From Eledone cirrhosa (taxonomy: Eukaryota), in the NCBI GenBank assembly GCA_964016885.1, contig OZ024743.1, positions 244,156,001 through 244,220,000 of the forward strand: a DNA stretch of 64,000 nucleotides, written 5' to 3'. Position numbers and translations under genes: made by a program. Of the stretch, positions 38,869-53,306 are shown piece after piece. Below the pieces are notes generated by a model. It saw nothing but the letters and a program-made list of their open reading frames with translations, was not told the DNA's origin and made no database searches. The first letter of the stretch is position 1; every line of letters begins with the position of its first letter.

Positions 38869-39894
38869 TGTGGTGTGTGTGTGTATGTGTGTGTGTGTGT
38901 GCGAAACCGACGGAGGTTCAACATACACAGACACACACGGGCGTGCGTGCAATGAAGAAGGACTGAAGGTTCAGAAAAGCAGGAAGGGAGCCTATCGCCA
39001 GATTGAACCAATGAAACAATATTTCCATTGGTTTTTCCAATGCTGATACTGTCAGCCAGTCGCAACTCCTGACAGACAAAGTTCAGATTTGAACTGAGAA
39101 TGGACAGAGCTGGATCAGATACTGCCAAGCATCCCCTCCGTCTCTTTCACAATTACACCTTGTGCTTAAATCAGAGCCTAGGGCAGTGAATTGGCAGTAT
39201 GGGTAGGACGTCGGACAATATGCTTTTGCGGCATATAGTAACGTCCTGAGTTTAAATCTCGCCGAGGTTAACTTTGCTTTACATTCTTACGAAGTTGATA
39301 AAATAAAGTACCAGTAATGCACTGGAGTCGTTTTAATTGACTTTCTCCTCCCCACTAAATTATTGGTCTTTTTCTTAAATCAGAAACCATTATTATCTCA
39401 TGCTTTGCAGTATTTGTACTGCCCCTTTAAGTTCTGAGTTCAAATCCCGCCGAAGTAAATTTGCCTTTTATCCTTTCGGGGTCGATAAAATAAAGTACTA
39501 GTCAACTATTGAGGTCAATAAAATCAACTTTCCTTTCCCTTTCTACAATTTGCAGGTGTTGTACACAAGTGACAAAACGAAAGAGACGATGAAAACAAAA
39601 GATAAAGAAACAAAAAGGGCTGAGAATGGGCGGAGGGAAAATGTTACCCCCTTGGTTGAATATATCACAGCTGCACCTCGCGGAGAGCAGCCAGTGATAC
39701 CTGCTGCACCAGACATTTTACCTCAGCATGCTCTTTCCTCAGGCATATAGCCTCATTTCTGTTGGAAGAAGGAAAACGGTATTCCGGGGATCGATAACAA
39801 CTATTATCTCCTCTAAATCTCTCATATCAGGGTCAGCACACAGCGTAATGACCAACAATAATACAACTGTTATATTTACCATGATATCATCTCT

Positions 39895-41480
39895 CATCAC
39901 CATCACCACCACCACCTCCACCACCACCGCCACCAACACTACCACCACTATCACTACCACCACCGCCGTCGCCACCACCACCACCACCACCACCTCCACC
40001 ATCACCACCAACACTACCACTACCACCACCACTATCACTACCACCACCGCCGTCGCCTCCACCACCACCACCACCACCAAGGCCGCCGCCGCCACAAGCA
40101 CCACCACCTCCACCGCCACCATCACCACCAACACTACCACTACCACCACCACTATCACTACCACCACCGCCGTCGCCACCACCACCACCACCACCACCAC
40201 CAAGGCCGCCGCCGTCACAAGCACCACCACCTCCACCACCACCTCCACCATCACCACCAACACTACCACCACTATCACTACCACCACCGCCGTCGCCACC
40301 ACCACCACCACCACCACCACCAAGGCCGCCGCCGCCACAAGCACCACCACCTCCACCACCACCTCCACCATCACCACCAACACTACCACCACTATCACTA
40401 CCACCACCGCCGTCGCCACCACCACCACCACCACCAAGGCCGCCGCCGCCACAAGCACCACCACCTCCACCACCACCTCCACCATCACCACCAACACTAC
40501 CACCACTATCACTACCACCATCGCCGTCGCCTCCACCACCACCACCACCACGAAGGCCGCCGCCGCCACAAGCACCACCACCTCCACCACCACCTCCACC
40601 ATCACCACCAACACTACCACCACTATCACTACCACCACCGCCGTCGCCGCCACCACCACCACCACCACCACCACCAAGGCCGCCGCCGCCACAAGCACCA
40701 CCACCTCCACCACCACCTCCACCATCACCACCAACACTACCACCACTATCACTACCACCATCGCCGTCGCCACCACCACCACCACCACCACCACCACCAC
40801 CAAGGCCGCCGCCGCCACAAGCACCACCACCTCCACCACCACCTCCACCATCACCACCAACACTACCACCACTATCACTACCACCATCGCCGTCGCCACC
40901 ACCACCACCACCACCACCACCAAGGCCGCTGCCGCCACAAGCACCACCACCTCCACCACTACCTCCACCATCACCACCAACACTACCACTAGCACCACCA
41001 CAATCACTACCACCATCGCCGTCGCCACCACCACCACCACCACCACCACCAAGGCCGCCGCCGCCACAAGCACCACCACCTCCACCACCACCTCCACCAT
41101 CACCACCAACACTACCACCACTATCACTACCACCATCGCCGTCGCCACCACCACCACCACCACCACCACCACCACCAAGGCCGCCGCCGCCACAAGCACC
41201 ACCACCTCCACCACCACCTCCACCATCACCACCAACACTACCACCACTATCACTACCACCATCGCCGTCGCCACCACCACCACCACCACCACCACCAAGG
41301 CCGCTGCCGCCACAAGCACCACCACCTCCACCACTACCTCCACCATCACCACCAACACTACCACTAGCACCACCACAATCACTACCACCATCGCCGTCGC
41401 CGCCACCATCACCACCACCACCACGAAGGCCGCCGCCGCCGCCACAAGCACCACCACCACCACCACCACCACCACCACCC
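39895..41480 (+). repeat. ACC-rich minisatellite, 12 units of ~115-130 bp; reads as a Thr-rich mucin-like ORF (+) and Gly- or Val-rich ORFs (-)
   Basis: Landmark AAGGCCGC(C/T)GCC occurs 12 times between 40079 and 41426; coding status unproven. Confidence 0.9.
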
Positions 41481-41879
41481 TTACCCCACAAACAACATGA
41501 TGACCATCACCAGGACTCTCACATCTACCACTACAACTACAATAACCACCACCACCACCACCACCACCACCACTGCCACTACTACTACTACCACAACCAC
41601 TGCCACCCCACCGCCAACAACAATAACTACAACAACCTCGATCAAAAAAACGCAGAAAAAATTCAAAGTAGTAAAGTGTAAAACTATACAGTTTCTCTGG
41701 GCATGTGTGGAATGTTGCAGCAATTATAGAATGGTGAGATGGGTGAGGAGTAGGATGAGGCTGGGAAGAAGGATGGTGGTAGGAGGTAGGATGGGACATT
41801 AGAGGTTTGGGGTGAAAGAGAGAAAAAGTGTAGGAGGAGGGAAAGTTAGAGGCTGAGAGATAAATCGTAAGTTATATAT

Positions 41880-41900
41880 AACTTATATATTACACACACT

Positions 41901-41953
<53 letters not shown>

Positions 41954-42011
41954 TATATATATATATATGTATATATATATATGTATATATATATATGTAT
42001 ATATATATATA

Positions 42012-42051
<40 letters not shown>

Positions 42052-42287
42052 TGTATTTATATGTATATATATATGTATATTTTATATATATATATGTATA
42101 TATTTATATATATATATATATATATATACCTATTTATATATATACATACATATATATATTTATACATATATATATATAAATATATATATACATATATGTA
42201 TATATATATGTATATATATAAATATGTATATATATATATATATGTATGTATATATATAAATATATATATATATATAAATATATATAT
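41880..42287. repeat. Long degenerate (TA)n microsatellite
   Basis: Direct reading. Confidence 0.95.
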
Positions 42288-43925
42288 TGTTATACTTTAG
42301 GAGGGTCATGTTGCCAATAAGAAACACACACACCAGTTGCTTTCACTTCAATTTATTATAATAAATTTATAATAAATTTATAAATTTCTGGTTGGTTGGC
42401 TGGTTCCACAACCAGATAGTTGTTTATATATTGTCATAGTTCTTTCGTCACACACTATGTGACCTCTTCAGTGACTGGGGATTCCTTTCTTTGTTTCTGT
42501 GCCTCTCCTTTGTTCTGTCCTACGCCATTTTGTTTCTGTGTGTGTGTTGCGTGCTCAGTCTGCGCATGCGCCACATCCGGGTGTCTGTGTGTGTTTATGT
42601 TCATTTATTTATTTGTTTATTTACATGTTACTGGTTGGTTGTTTGTTCTATGTGTGTGTGTGTTTTCATTTTGTCCTTAATTGTAAGTTGTGATGTTGCT
42701 GTTCCACTCATATTTTCTATTTAATTTTGGTTGTAATTCTTTTATGTTTATTGCCTCTGTAATTTGTCTAAACATTGCGTCTTTTCTGTGTGTAGATTCT
42801 ATTTTTATTTCTATGTTCTCTAATTTACCCTTGTGTTCTATTTTAGCATGTTGGTAGAGTACAGATGATTCTTTACTATCTTGAAGGTCTCGCCAGTGTT
42901 CATTTATCCGTTCCCCTACACGACGAGCTGTCTCACCTATGTACACTATATTTTTGTCTCTACATTGTCCTTCAGTACATCTTATGCTACACACTACATT
43001 TCTAGTTTTACAGTTAATATGGGGGCTTATTTTACAGGTTATACATTTCTTATCTATACATGAGGGTCTTTGAAAAGGGTATGTCTTGCTAATAAGTGTT
43101 TTTACGGAGGTACCTGGTCTTTCTACTATCTTAATATTGAGTTTATGTTTATTTAGGGCCCTTCTAAATTTGTAAGCTAATTCACCTCTAGGGGTTGTAT
43201 CGATGAACATTACACTCTGGTATTTATTGCTATCATACCATGAGTTTATTCTATTAGCCTTGTTCCTAGTTCTTTCTATTCTATTCCAAAATTTGCTCCT
43301 ATACAAGGGGAAGGTCCCATTTATGTCATTATTTACCATTTTTTCCCATTTGGTTCTGGCTCCTCTATACACTCTGATTTTATCTCTCTGATTGTAGCCA
43401 GAGAACTGCATACGGTGGATGAAGTGTTGTATGTGTCTCTCTAGTTCTTCGGGGTTGCACATGCGGGACACGTTTCTCATCACCCGTACCAAATCCGCAA
43501 TCAGTATGTTGATTTTGGTATGGTCAGAAATGGCCGAGTTTCAGTGGATCAGATGTTTGGAAGTCATGGGTTTGGCATAATGGGAATGGAGGATTTGTTT
43601 TTTGTTATTAATGGTATCTAACCAGAGCTCTGTGTCTAGTACATGTAATCGATGGTTGGGGTGTTTACTTGGGTAGTCTATAGTAACTCTAATGCTCTGG
43701 TGGATGGAGTTTGCTATTTGCTGGATGCTTTCCATTGTGTTTTTCTCTAGTTCCTGACTGTTCTCTAGTGGGGGTGTTTTAACTACGATGTTTATATCAT
43801 CAACGTAGCGGGAGTACATTATCAGGGTTAAGGGGTCTTCTAATTGTTCTTTAAGTTTAAGTTTAAGTCTACTGTCCCACCATACCATGAATAAGTTAGC
43901 TGTGTCGCCTGCAATGCTAACACTA
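42288..43925 (-). mobile_element. Penelope-like element, 5'-truncated: RT C-terminus, Cys linker and C-terminal GIY-YIG endonuclease, followed by a pLTR with hammerhead
   Basis: RYVDDI, VLD and YAKP motifs; CIDKKCITC linker; NVVCSIRC...YIGETARRVGERINEH...EAINI...PKLN; one in-frame TGA at 43541-43543; 3' end abuts (TA)n. Confidence 0.9.
42433..42475 (-). ncRNA. Minimal type I hammerhead ribozyme in the Penelope pLTR
   Basis: gtca-CTGAAGA-g-gtcaca(tagtg)tgtgac-GAAAG-aa-CTA-tgac; same strand as, and 200 bp downstream of, the GIY-YIG stop. Confidence 0.85.
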
Positions 43926-44519
43926 GGTAACAAATACACAAACACTCATACACACATATATACATATATAATAAATACACACACATGTATATAATGTTTA
44001 ATAGTAGCACTAACACAATGTGATTCAGAATAAAGGCGTATATGGAAGCCCTGAAATACCAGTAACTGGCCTTTTCACCTTGTTCTGACGCAGCTGTGAC
44101 ATGATCACAACTTAACATACCCATAGCTAATACGTTTATTATACATAAACATTGTATATACTTCCATATATGACTCTATTCTGAATGACACTGTGTTAAT
44201 TCTACTGCTAATTAATACTGGCCTATGAAGCCTACGCTATATGCATTTTAAAAGGGTCTGTCGAGCTGCCGATTATTGAGTCGGGTAGGATCGATACAGA
44301 TCGAACCTTGAGCTGATCAGTGGCGAAACGCGCGTCACCTATCAATAAATGCAATGAAGGAGTAATCAATCGTCCTTGTTATCCTTTCAATATATTACAC
44401 TCTGTATAGCTCTACACCTCATCACAGAAGTGAACCTAAACATCGAGTGCTCTCCCGGGTGAACCTGCAGTAACTCCAAGTTACACCCCCTGGATATATA
44501 TATATATATATATATACAT

Positions 44520-44608
<89 letters not shown>

Positions 44609-44689
44609 TGTATGTATGTATGTATGTATGTATGTATGTATATTGTAAATAATACACCATCTCCAAAAGTGTATTATTTACAACATACA

Positions 44690-44756
<67 letters not shown>

Positions 44757-44832
44757 CGAAGGAAATGTGGTAAGGAACCAGGTGGACCATAACGCACCAA
44801 AGTACTCAATACTTAGGGTAGTAGAGTGGGTA

Positions 44833-45157
<325 letters not shown>

Positions 45158-45206
45158 TAATATATATATAAGCTATTAGGTTATTTTCCTCAGTACCAAG
45201 TGAGCA

Positions 45207-45255
45207 AACATCACTGATGAAGGGTTAAGGTCCTGAAATACTAGTATTTGGCGTT
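45207..45255 (+). ncRNA. Type I hammerhead ribozyme
   Basis: aacatca-CTGATGA-aggg(ttaagg)tcct-GAAATAC-ta-GTATT-tggcgtt; palindromic stem III. Confidence 0.75.
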
Positions 45256-45917
45256 CTGGCACAGTTACCAAAGTACCGGTGACACGATCACGCCTTAGAA
45301 TAGCCACAATGAAACTTATGCATGTTTATTATACGACGCTATGCTTTGCAGCATAGAGTCATGGCCCTTTAAGGTCTGGGTTCAAATCCCACTGAGGTTA
45401 ATCTTGCCTTTCATCTTTACGAGGTCGATGAAATGAAGCACCAGTAATGCACTGGGATAATTGCTGGCCTTGTGCCAAAAGTAGAAATAATTATACATAA
45501 ATACATTTTATATGCTTCCATATACGGTCACTATTATATATAATGTTTGAAGTACAGAGGTATTTAAAACACTACATTGTGTGCCCTTTGAATAGAGGCT
45601 ATGGAGTATTCGAAAGTCGATAAAAAAGGTTGTGTTAGAACAATCGGTACAATTTTGAGTCGCATCGAAGGTGCTCTACTGATTTATTACTAGTTAATAT
45701 CCCTTCGTTTCTTAATTAAGTTGGGGGTATCACTATTACATTGATGTAATAGATTAAACAAACCGCAAGAACGAAATATGTCGATGCAAGATTGTATCAT
45801 TTAAATAACAAAAATGTAAGTTTTCCTCCCTTCATACATTTGAATAAATTATGAAACACACACACGCCAACACTAACAGAAAATAGTCGTTATATATACT
45901 TATATAGATATATATAT

Positions 45918-46020
<103 letters not shown>

Positions 46021-46148
46021 ATATTGAGTATATGTTGGTTGCTTTCAGTTCCTTAGAGGATTAACACTACACTCAGTATATGAACGAACTAACAAGGTTA
46101 AATCTATTCCAACATTATGTTTTCCTGTTTTTTCGGTTTAAGTTCTAA

Positions 46149-46205
46149 CTGCCTGATGAGGTCATAGCTGTTGAATAATGGCTATCACTGAAATATACAT
46201 AGCAG
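46149..46205 (+). ncRNA. Type I hammerhead ribozyme, long stem II
   Basis: ctgc-CTGATGA-ggt.atagctgtt(gaat)aatggctat.act-GAAAT-atac-ATA-gcag. Confidence 0.8.
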
Positions 46206-46288
46206 CGAATATGAATAAACGCAGTTAATTTTAACCTGTTGACTTACACGTCTTGCTGTCCTCTCAATCTATCTTATTTCTCATTCTT

Positions 46289-46324
46289 TCTTCTGATGAA
46301 GGACTAGTGTCCGAAACGTTAAGA
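46289..46324 (+). ncRNA. Minimal type I hammerhead ribozyme
   Basis: tctt-CTGATGA-a-ggac(tagt)gtcc-GAAACGTT-aaga; palindromic AACGTT. Decayed relatives at ~1172-1205 and ~37423-37456. Confidence 0.85.
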
Positions 46325-46582
46325 CCCTCTTCCTGTTATATGAAGCGTTAACCTAATATATCCTTTCCATATACTGTACCGATTGTGTTGTTATTTCTTT
46401 TTACCTTTTACATCGATAAAAGGCCTTTGGCACGCCGCTGATCGCTTTTGATGTCCTATTTTAAGCACCGAAACATCTATGATCTGCAGTTAACAGCTGA
46501 TGAAGGGTTTCTTCTCTTGTTTCGTCCATATTACCATCTTAAACCTTGTTTACAGTAACCTCACAGCTCGCTTCATTTCTTG

Positions 46583-46638
<56 letters not shown>

Positions 46639-46678
46639 ATATTAATAAATGGAAACTATATTTATAAAACCATATTTA

Positions 46679-46740
46679 TTTTATTATACATATTTCAAGG
46701 GCAACCAAGGCAAATTATGGTGCGCTTTCATCAGATAAAA
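46679..46740 (-). ncRNA. Type I hammerhead ribozyme
   Basis: ttttat-CTGATGA-aagcgcacc...ggttgccctt-GAAATA-tg-TATA-ataaaa. Confidence 0.7.
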
Positions 46741-46845
46741 TACAGATTTGTTTTATAAATAAATATTGACATACCCGGAAAAAAAGACAACCTTAACGGT
46801 TGGGGCTTCCTGGATAGTGGAGATATTACATTTATTGAGGGTGAT

Positions 46846-47045
46846 NNNNNNNNNNNNNNNNNNNNNNNNNNNNNNNNNNNNNNNNNNNNNNNNNNNNNNN
46901 NNNNNNNNNNNNNNNNNNNNNNNNNNNNNNNNNNNNNNNNNNNNNNNNNNNNNNNNNNNNNNNNNNNNNNNNNNNNNNNNNNNNNNNNNNNNNNNNNNNN
47001 NNNNNNNNNNNNNNNNNNNNNNNNNNNNNNNNNNNNNNNNNNNNN
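46846..47045. other. Assembly gap (200 N)
   Basis: Direct reading. Confidence 1.
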
Positions 47046-47117
47046 CTCTCAACAACAACTTTTCACTCTTCCCCTTAAACTTGTTAGTTGCTATGGTGAC
47101 AACACTATCTATTTATA

Positions 47118-47259
<142 letters not shown>

Positions 47260-47766
47260 CCACCCCCACTGAATAGCAACAACAGCAACAACAACTACAA
47301 CCTACCAATATATTGAAAGTTTTAAAAAAGTCTGTCATTATCACTTTCATTCTCGCGTCTTAAACGATCCATTTCTTTTTCATACTTACACACAAACTTA
47401 CGAGCTCACGCGCGTGCACACCAACGCATGCACGAGCGTACACGATTACATACACTTCTTCCAACACGCACACAGACTCTCTCTCTAGTTCGCTTTCTCT
47501 CTCTCGTTCTCTCTCTCTTACTATGTTTCTCTCTCTTTTCATTCTTTCCCTTTTCATTCCTTCTGCATATATGTTGTGACGGACAGACAGGGGGAGAAAT
47601 AGCTTCTCTTTTATGATATAGATTATTCTTAATACACTGGTTGTTAAGGATACCGACTATAGTGAAATACCAAACGTAGAATTCCACATCGGTAGTAGGA
47701 CCCAAATATTAGCATTAAGTGCTCAAACTGGTAAACCATCAGTAACTAAACATTGCACACGAATAC

Positions 47767-47883
<117 letters not shown>

Positions 47884-48078
47884 ATTATGGTCGGGTCACT
47901 CTTGAGTGCTACTGGTAACATGTAACCCAGTACAACCTGTCGCATGGTCGGATCGTCAGTGACTCACCAAGTTTACTTGGTGAGGAGGGTGATTTTGGAC
48001 ACCCTGCAGGACAAAAAACAAAACCTGGCAAAGAGCACAACTCATGAGTCAACGGCCATCCAAAAATGTGTAAATATG

Positions 48079-48115
<37 letters not shown>

Positions 48116-49240
48116 ATGTGTGTGTGTACATGTATATATATGTGTATATATGCACGAGGACATAGAAATAATCGGGCTGGATACCCGATCGCGTGGTTAA
48201 ACCACTGGGAGTGAAGGACCCCTAACACTTGTCAGGGCATTCTTCTAGGAGAAGGCAACTCAGGAAACTGGGATAACTCTGACATAAAACCTGCGGCTCA
48301 GTAGTTACCGATGATGTTAATCTTTTCTTCTTTTCGGGTTATGGCTACTGTCGCTCAGAGAATGAGATTGCCTCAGTACGCGGTCTTTCCTCACTTAAAA
48401 AAAATCTTCACGTACAGGCATTGCACGATAGCATTAATTGATAATTATTAATAAAGTTATATCGTGCAATGCCCATACTCGATAACGAGGGGGCAGCCAT
48501 CATGTATGTATGTATGTATGTATGTATGTATGTATGTATGTATGTATGTATGTATGTAGGTAGGTTTATAGTAGAATGGTGTTCCGCTAAGGATAGGATG
48601 GGAACCAAAATTAATTAAGGTACTCAATACATTAGGTAGAGATTGTACTTTATTTCATTTCACTGAGAGGTGACTTTACGTAATTAGTTCCGATTCATTC
48701 AGTGGCGAAATCATAGACACACACACGCACACACATAGACACAAACATACACATATATATACACATATATATACACATATATATACACATATATATTTAC
48801 ATTCAACTTAAGAAGCTCTACTTATATATAAAAATGAATTAGTAGCCAATATATCAAATTTAAAAATGGAGTTAAAGGCTGATATATATACATACACGTG
48901 TCAATAGGCTGATCAAGATACTCTCATGGAATGACTAAACGAGTTTTAGTTTTCAACATATTTCTTGGAAAGAAAGAATGCAGCTATTAATAAGAAGTGT
49001 TGAAATATAATGCATGCAAGATTTCATGGCGCTATCATCACTATTTCATAGTAAGCCTATCATCGTATATATATACACACACACACACACATACATACAT
49101 ATATATATAATAAGTTGACGGGACTAACATGTGTTTAACTGCTACTACCGGTTGCATCTTAGCGTACTCAATAGGTAATGTTATGTAAAATCCCATAGTA
49201 GACACAGTTATTCACTTTAACACAACACACGTAAATGGGT

Positions 49241-49353
49241 ACCCGTACTCGAGTTTCAGTCACACTTAATGCATCAATAGAGTGTACAGCATCAACTGTC
49301 TGCATTTATTATGCAACAATGCACAATGGGCGCATGTGGCTTCATCAGCGGGT
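49241..49353 (-). ncRNA. Type I hammerhead ribozyme with an ~85-nt stem II domain
   Basis: acccg-CTGATGA-agccacat....gtgtgact-GAAAC-tcga-GTA-cgggt; perfect stem I, palindromic stem III. Confidence 0.75.
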
Positions 49354-49615
49354 TTCGCCTAATCAATAACCAATCGATCGACAGAATTCGATTCCAGTCC
49401 GTGTCAGCTATGACAGTGAATGTGACGGCCAACACAGCAATACATTAGCAACTGAAATCCCTACGCGTCATCACAATGTCATCAACCGATTGGCTACGGG
49501 TTCAGAAATTTACGTGGCGGTCGGAGACAAAGTTCAAAATAGCTCCGCTTCCGCCATAAGCACTCAGCCAAAGTATCTCAAACACAAATTAACAATATAT
49601 ACAGTATACACACAC

Positions 49616-49718
<103 letters not shown>

Positions 49719-51288
49719 TACATATATATACACACATATATATATATATGCGCGCGCGCGGCGTGTGTGTGTGTGCGTGTGTGTTTGGCAGTTGTAAATA
49801 TTTCATATTTTTATGTTAATATATTTGAGTCTAATGACCCTGCTGATTCGTGACTGTAATAAATATAAAAGAGTGTATTGATCTTTTTCTTCAGATGATG
49901 GATTGAGGAAAAATATTTTAACACATTTTGAACCTAAATTAGGAAAAGGCTTTATGCAGATTAGTATAGTATGAATTAGAAATACACAGAAAATATTTCT
50001 ATTTCCTTAGTCAATGATGAAATATGCGCTTAGTGTTCTTTTGGCACTGTTTTCATTCTTAGATGAAATGATTTTCTCTTTGACAGTAATATATGAACTT
50101 TATTACGAATTTCAAGTTGTATTTTTCACATTTTGAAATATATTCCTGTTCTTTTGCGGCCGGGGCGCCCAATTTACGTACTATGAATTTCGAGGACATT
50201 TATTTACATCCGAGAAGGCAATTATACCATTGACATCTAATTCGTGCATGAATCTAAGTACTGATAAATATCGCCTTAATAACTTTTTTAGATTAACTAA
50301 TTGTTTCATACAATCATTGACTGAAAGAAATAGTAAAAAATAAACAAACAAAAATGACACACACGCGCACACACAAGCATACATAAATGAACGTATACGC
50401 TTAAATACACCCACACAGACACAAGCTAATATAGCTACACACACAAACAAACACGAGCGTAAACACATACACACATGCCTCACACAGGAGCATACGCACC
50501 TACACACAAACGCACGCGAACTTACACGCCTACATAAACAGAAGCTTGCCTACCAAATTGAATGCGCACGCACACACACACACACACATACACACACACA
50601 CAAATTTACGAGCTCACGCGTGTACACACCAACGCATGCACGAGGATACACGATTACATACACTTCTTCCAAATTGAAAATATACTCTCATAACAGAAGT
50701 CTCGTGAGACAAAAGCTATATCAAAGAGTCTAGGCTTATCAAGAGGCTTAAACTGATTATAAGTAACAGGTTTGGGTTACATTATGCCGATTGGCTATTA
50801 TGATTACACTAATCTGCACAAGTCACCAACGACCGACTACAGTAGGGGCAGCTTGCCCTAACACCGCACTCTAATTCTTTTTCTTTTGAAAAGAGGGTTC
50901 TATTCTCGAAATATAATCGGAATATAAGATAAATATTTAAAACCATTATTTTCTTTTTTCCTTTTTTTTTACATTACTTTACTTTATTCCAATTCGCATT
51001 GTACCGGTTTTCCTAAAACAATCTTAACATATATTCGAATATTTGCCATAGAATGTTTCAGGGTGTAAATTAGACACAAGAGATGGTTGTAAATATGAGT
51101 TTGAAGTCATGAGAGTATGAACTTTTACCATTGGTGAAATATCTCAGCCAAGGAGAAAGCGGAAGTAAGCAGAAGTCAACGGAAGTACAATTTTTATATT
51201 ACACTTGTTTTTCAGTGTCGGCTTTCAGAAGGTTTCGGATACAGAATCCCACAAACTTCCGATCTTATAAACATCCTAAATTTACATA

Positions 51289-51397
<109 letters not shown>

Positions 51398-52802
51398 ATG
51401 TATGTATGCATGTATGTATGTATGCATGCTTGTATGTATGTGTGTATGTATGTATGTATATATGTGTATGTGGTGTGTGTGCGTGTTTCTGCTCGTGCAT
51501 GATTGGTTGTGTTTGAGATATGTTTGTGTCTGTGTATGTGTGTGCTTGTCAGTAAGTATGTTAGTAGTATGTTTATATCAGAGTGCATCAAGTTTCATTT
51601 GTTTTTTATATTACACGTTCTGAGTTCAAATATCAGCAATTTCAACCATTATTTATTCAGTGTTTTAGTCCATAAGTCTGTATATCCCACCGGAGATACT
51701 ACGAAGTACAGCAAGCAAGAAAGAACATAAACAACAGACTACAGATCAAAAGCATCCTCTCTGGCTATGTGCTAGCCAAAAGCCGCCAATCCTGGAAAGG
51801 TTTCCTATAGAGCGTCACGACCCCTGGAACATCAAGCATAGTAGTGAGTCATTCGCTGGGAAGAAAATCTTAACCTCCCATCCGTAACAACAATGGAACT
51901 AAAGGCGAACGAGGCACTTCACCCTGGAGCAGATACAAACTATGCAGTGCAGAAATGCCTAAACAGACTAAGATCTCATGTTGGACGTGCAAATGTCACT
52001 CTTGCAAAATGAGGATAGTTAAAGGATGGGGACGTTGTGTGTGACTGCGACATCGAACCACAGACTACTCAGCACCTGATATGCCCCTTGCTGGAACACT
52101 TCTGCACAGCATTGGACTTGGAAGAGTTTAATGAGAAAGGAAAGCAATGTGTTCAGCTGTGGCGGAACTACATCTAGCCAAGCTTTGTAACTGACACTCT
52201 TGTGGACACGACAGGAGGGAAGGAAGTCCATAAGTAAATTTGTTTGCAAGTCTTCCCTAAAGGCACTCAAGAACCAGATGATAGTGCTGTCAAAATGGCT
52301 AACCGATAGAGACTTCCACCCATCTGGGCCACAGCGTGATGAGCTCAAAACGCAAAGAGCCAGAAGAAATACATACTGCAAGTCAACTCATCCGATGCTC
52401 TTCTAATTCCTCTAATTAACAATCTAAGCTAAGCTGGTACTTCATTTTTTTCAGTCCTAAGAAGATGGAAACGACGTTGATTTCGGCGGGATGTAATCTC
52501 AGCGCGCAGAAAGCCGAAAGAAATGCCGTAAGGAATTATATCCGACACTAAAACAATCCTGCAAATTCGTCGTCTAAATGGTAGCACATCATTGATACAT
52601 CAAATATCTTCTATATATAAAAACAATTACTTTTGTTTCCTGAGTATATTTTTAGATTAGCCGAAAAGGTGCATTTTAACGCAGATATCTTTTTTTTAAA
52701 CAACGTAACTAAAAAGCGCTAAGTTAAACAAAACGTTTTAAATTTCTGACAATATTTCTTCATACAAAGAGTCATTTTAAGGTCTTTGTAGAATTTCACA
52801 TA

Positions 52803-52998
52803 CGAGACTCGGCTGAAACGTTTATAGGTTGACCAAGATATTCTCACGGAATGACCAAATGAGGTTTATTTTTCAATATATTCCCTGGAAAGAAATAATG
52901 CAGTTATTAATAATAAGATTTGAAATTATTGCACGCAAGATTTCGCAGTACATGCATCACTTCTTCATAGTCAACCAATGAACTTTTCAGCGAATTCG
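52803..52998. mobile_element. ~200-bp mariner-type MITE with TA TSD; second, more degenerate copy at ~48893-49067
   Basis: Ends TA|CGAGACTCGGCTGAAACGTTTATAGGTTGAC and GTCAACCAATGAACTTTTCAGCGAATTCG|TA are imperfect inverted repeats; internal sequence is shared with the 48.9-kb copy. Confidence 0.7.
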
Positions 52999-53267
52999 TA
53001 CGTTAGTTCTTCACCAGGAAAGAGTAAAGTTCGGAGATAGAGGAGGTTAGCTTTATATGTTATAAAGTTTTATATCTCTCTCTCTATATATATATGTATA
53101 TTAAAACTTAGCTTCGGCATAACTGCATACATGCATATATGTGAATCTCGTATATCTAAATATATACGGTATGTTTAATAAATAAACATTTTGAAAGCTA
53201 AGCTAGGAATTGAAACGCTGGCGGCTAGTGCCGTTTAGTGGATTCCAGCAGAAGAAGGGGAAGATAA

Positions 53268-53306
53268 CTGTCTATGCATTTCGAGCTCTGGCTCTCATCA
53301 GGGCAG
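53268..53306 (-). ncRNA. Minimal type I hammerhead ribozyme
   Basis: ctgcc-CTGATGA-gagc(caga)gctc-GAAATGCATA-gacag; palindromic ATGCAT. Confidence 0.8.

Noticed and set aside
43541-43543. In-frame TGA in the Penelope ORF as possible selenocysteine
   Set aside because: Not an evident Cys position, no SECIS recognised, and the element has a C-terminal endonuclease; an ordinary nonsense mutation is simpler.
44180-44345. Hammerhead-like 3' half GGCGAAACGCGCGTC
   Set aside because: Could not pair it with a convincing CUGANGA and stem I; at best a decayed ribozyme, so not counted.
47885-47965. Minus-strand CTGACGA in a structured GC-richer island
   Set aside because: No downstream GAAA or stem III; may be a LINE 5' UTR remnant but unproven.
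52607-53229. Possible non-autonomous Helitron (TCTTCTATATATAAAA ... CTAG|T)
   Set aside because: No clear subterminal hairpin and no second copy in the window.
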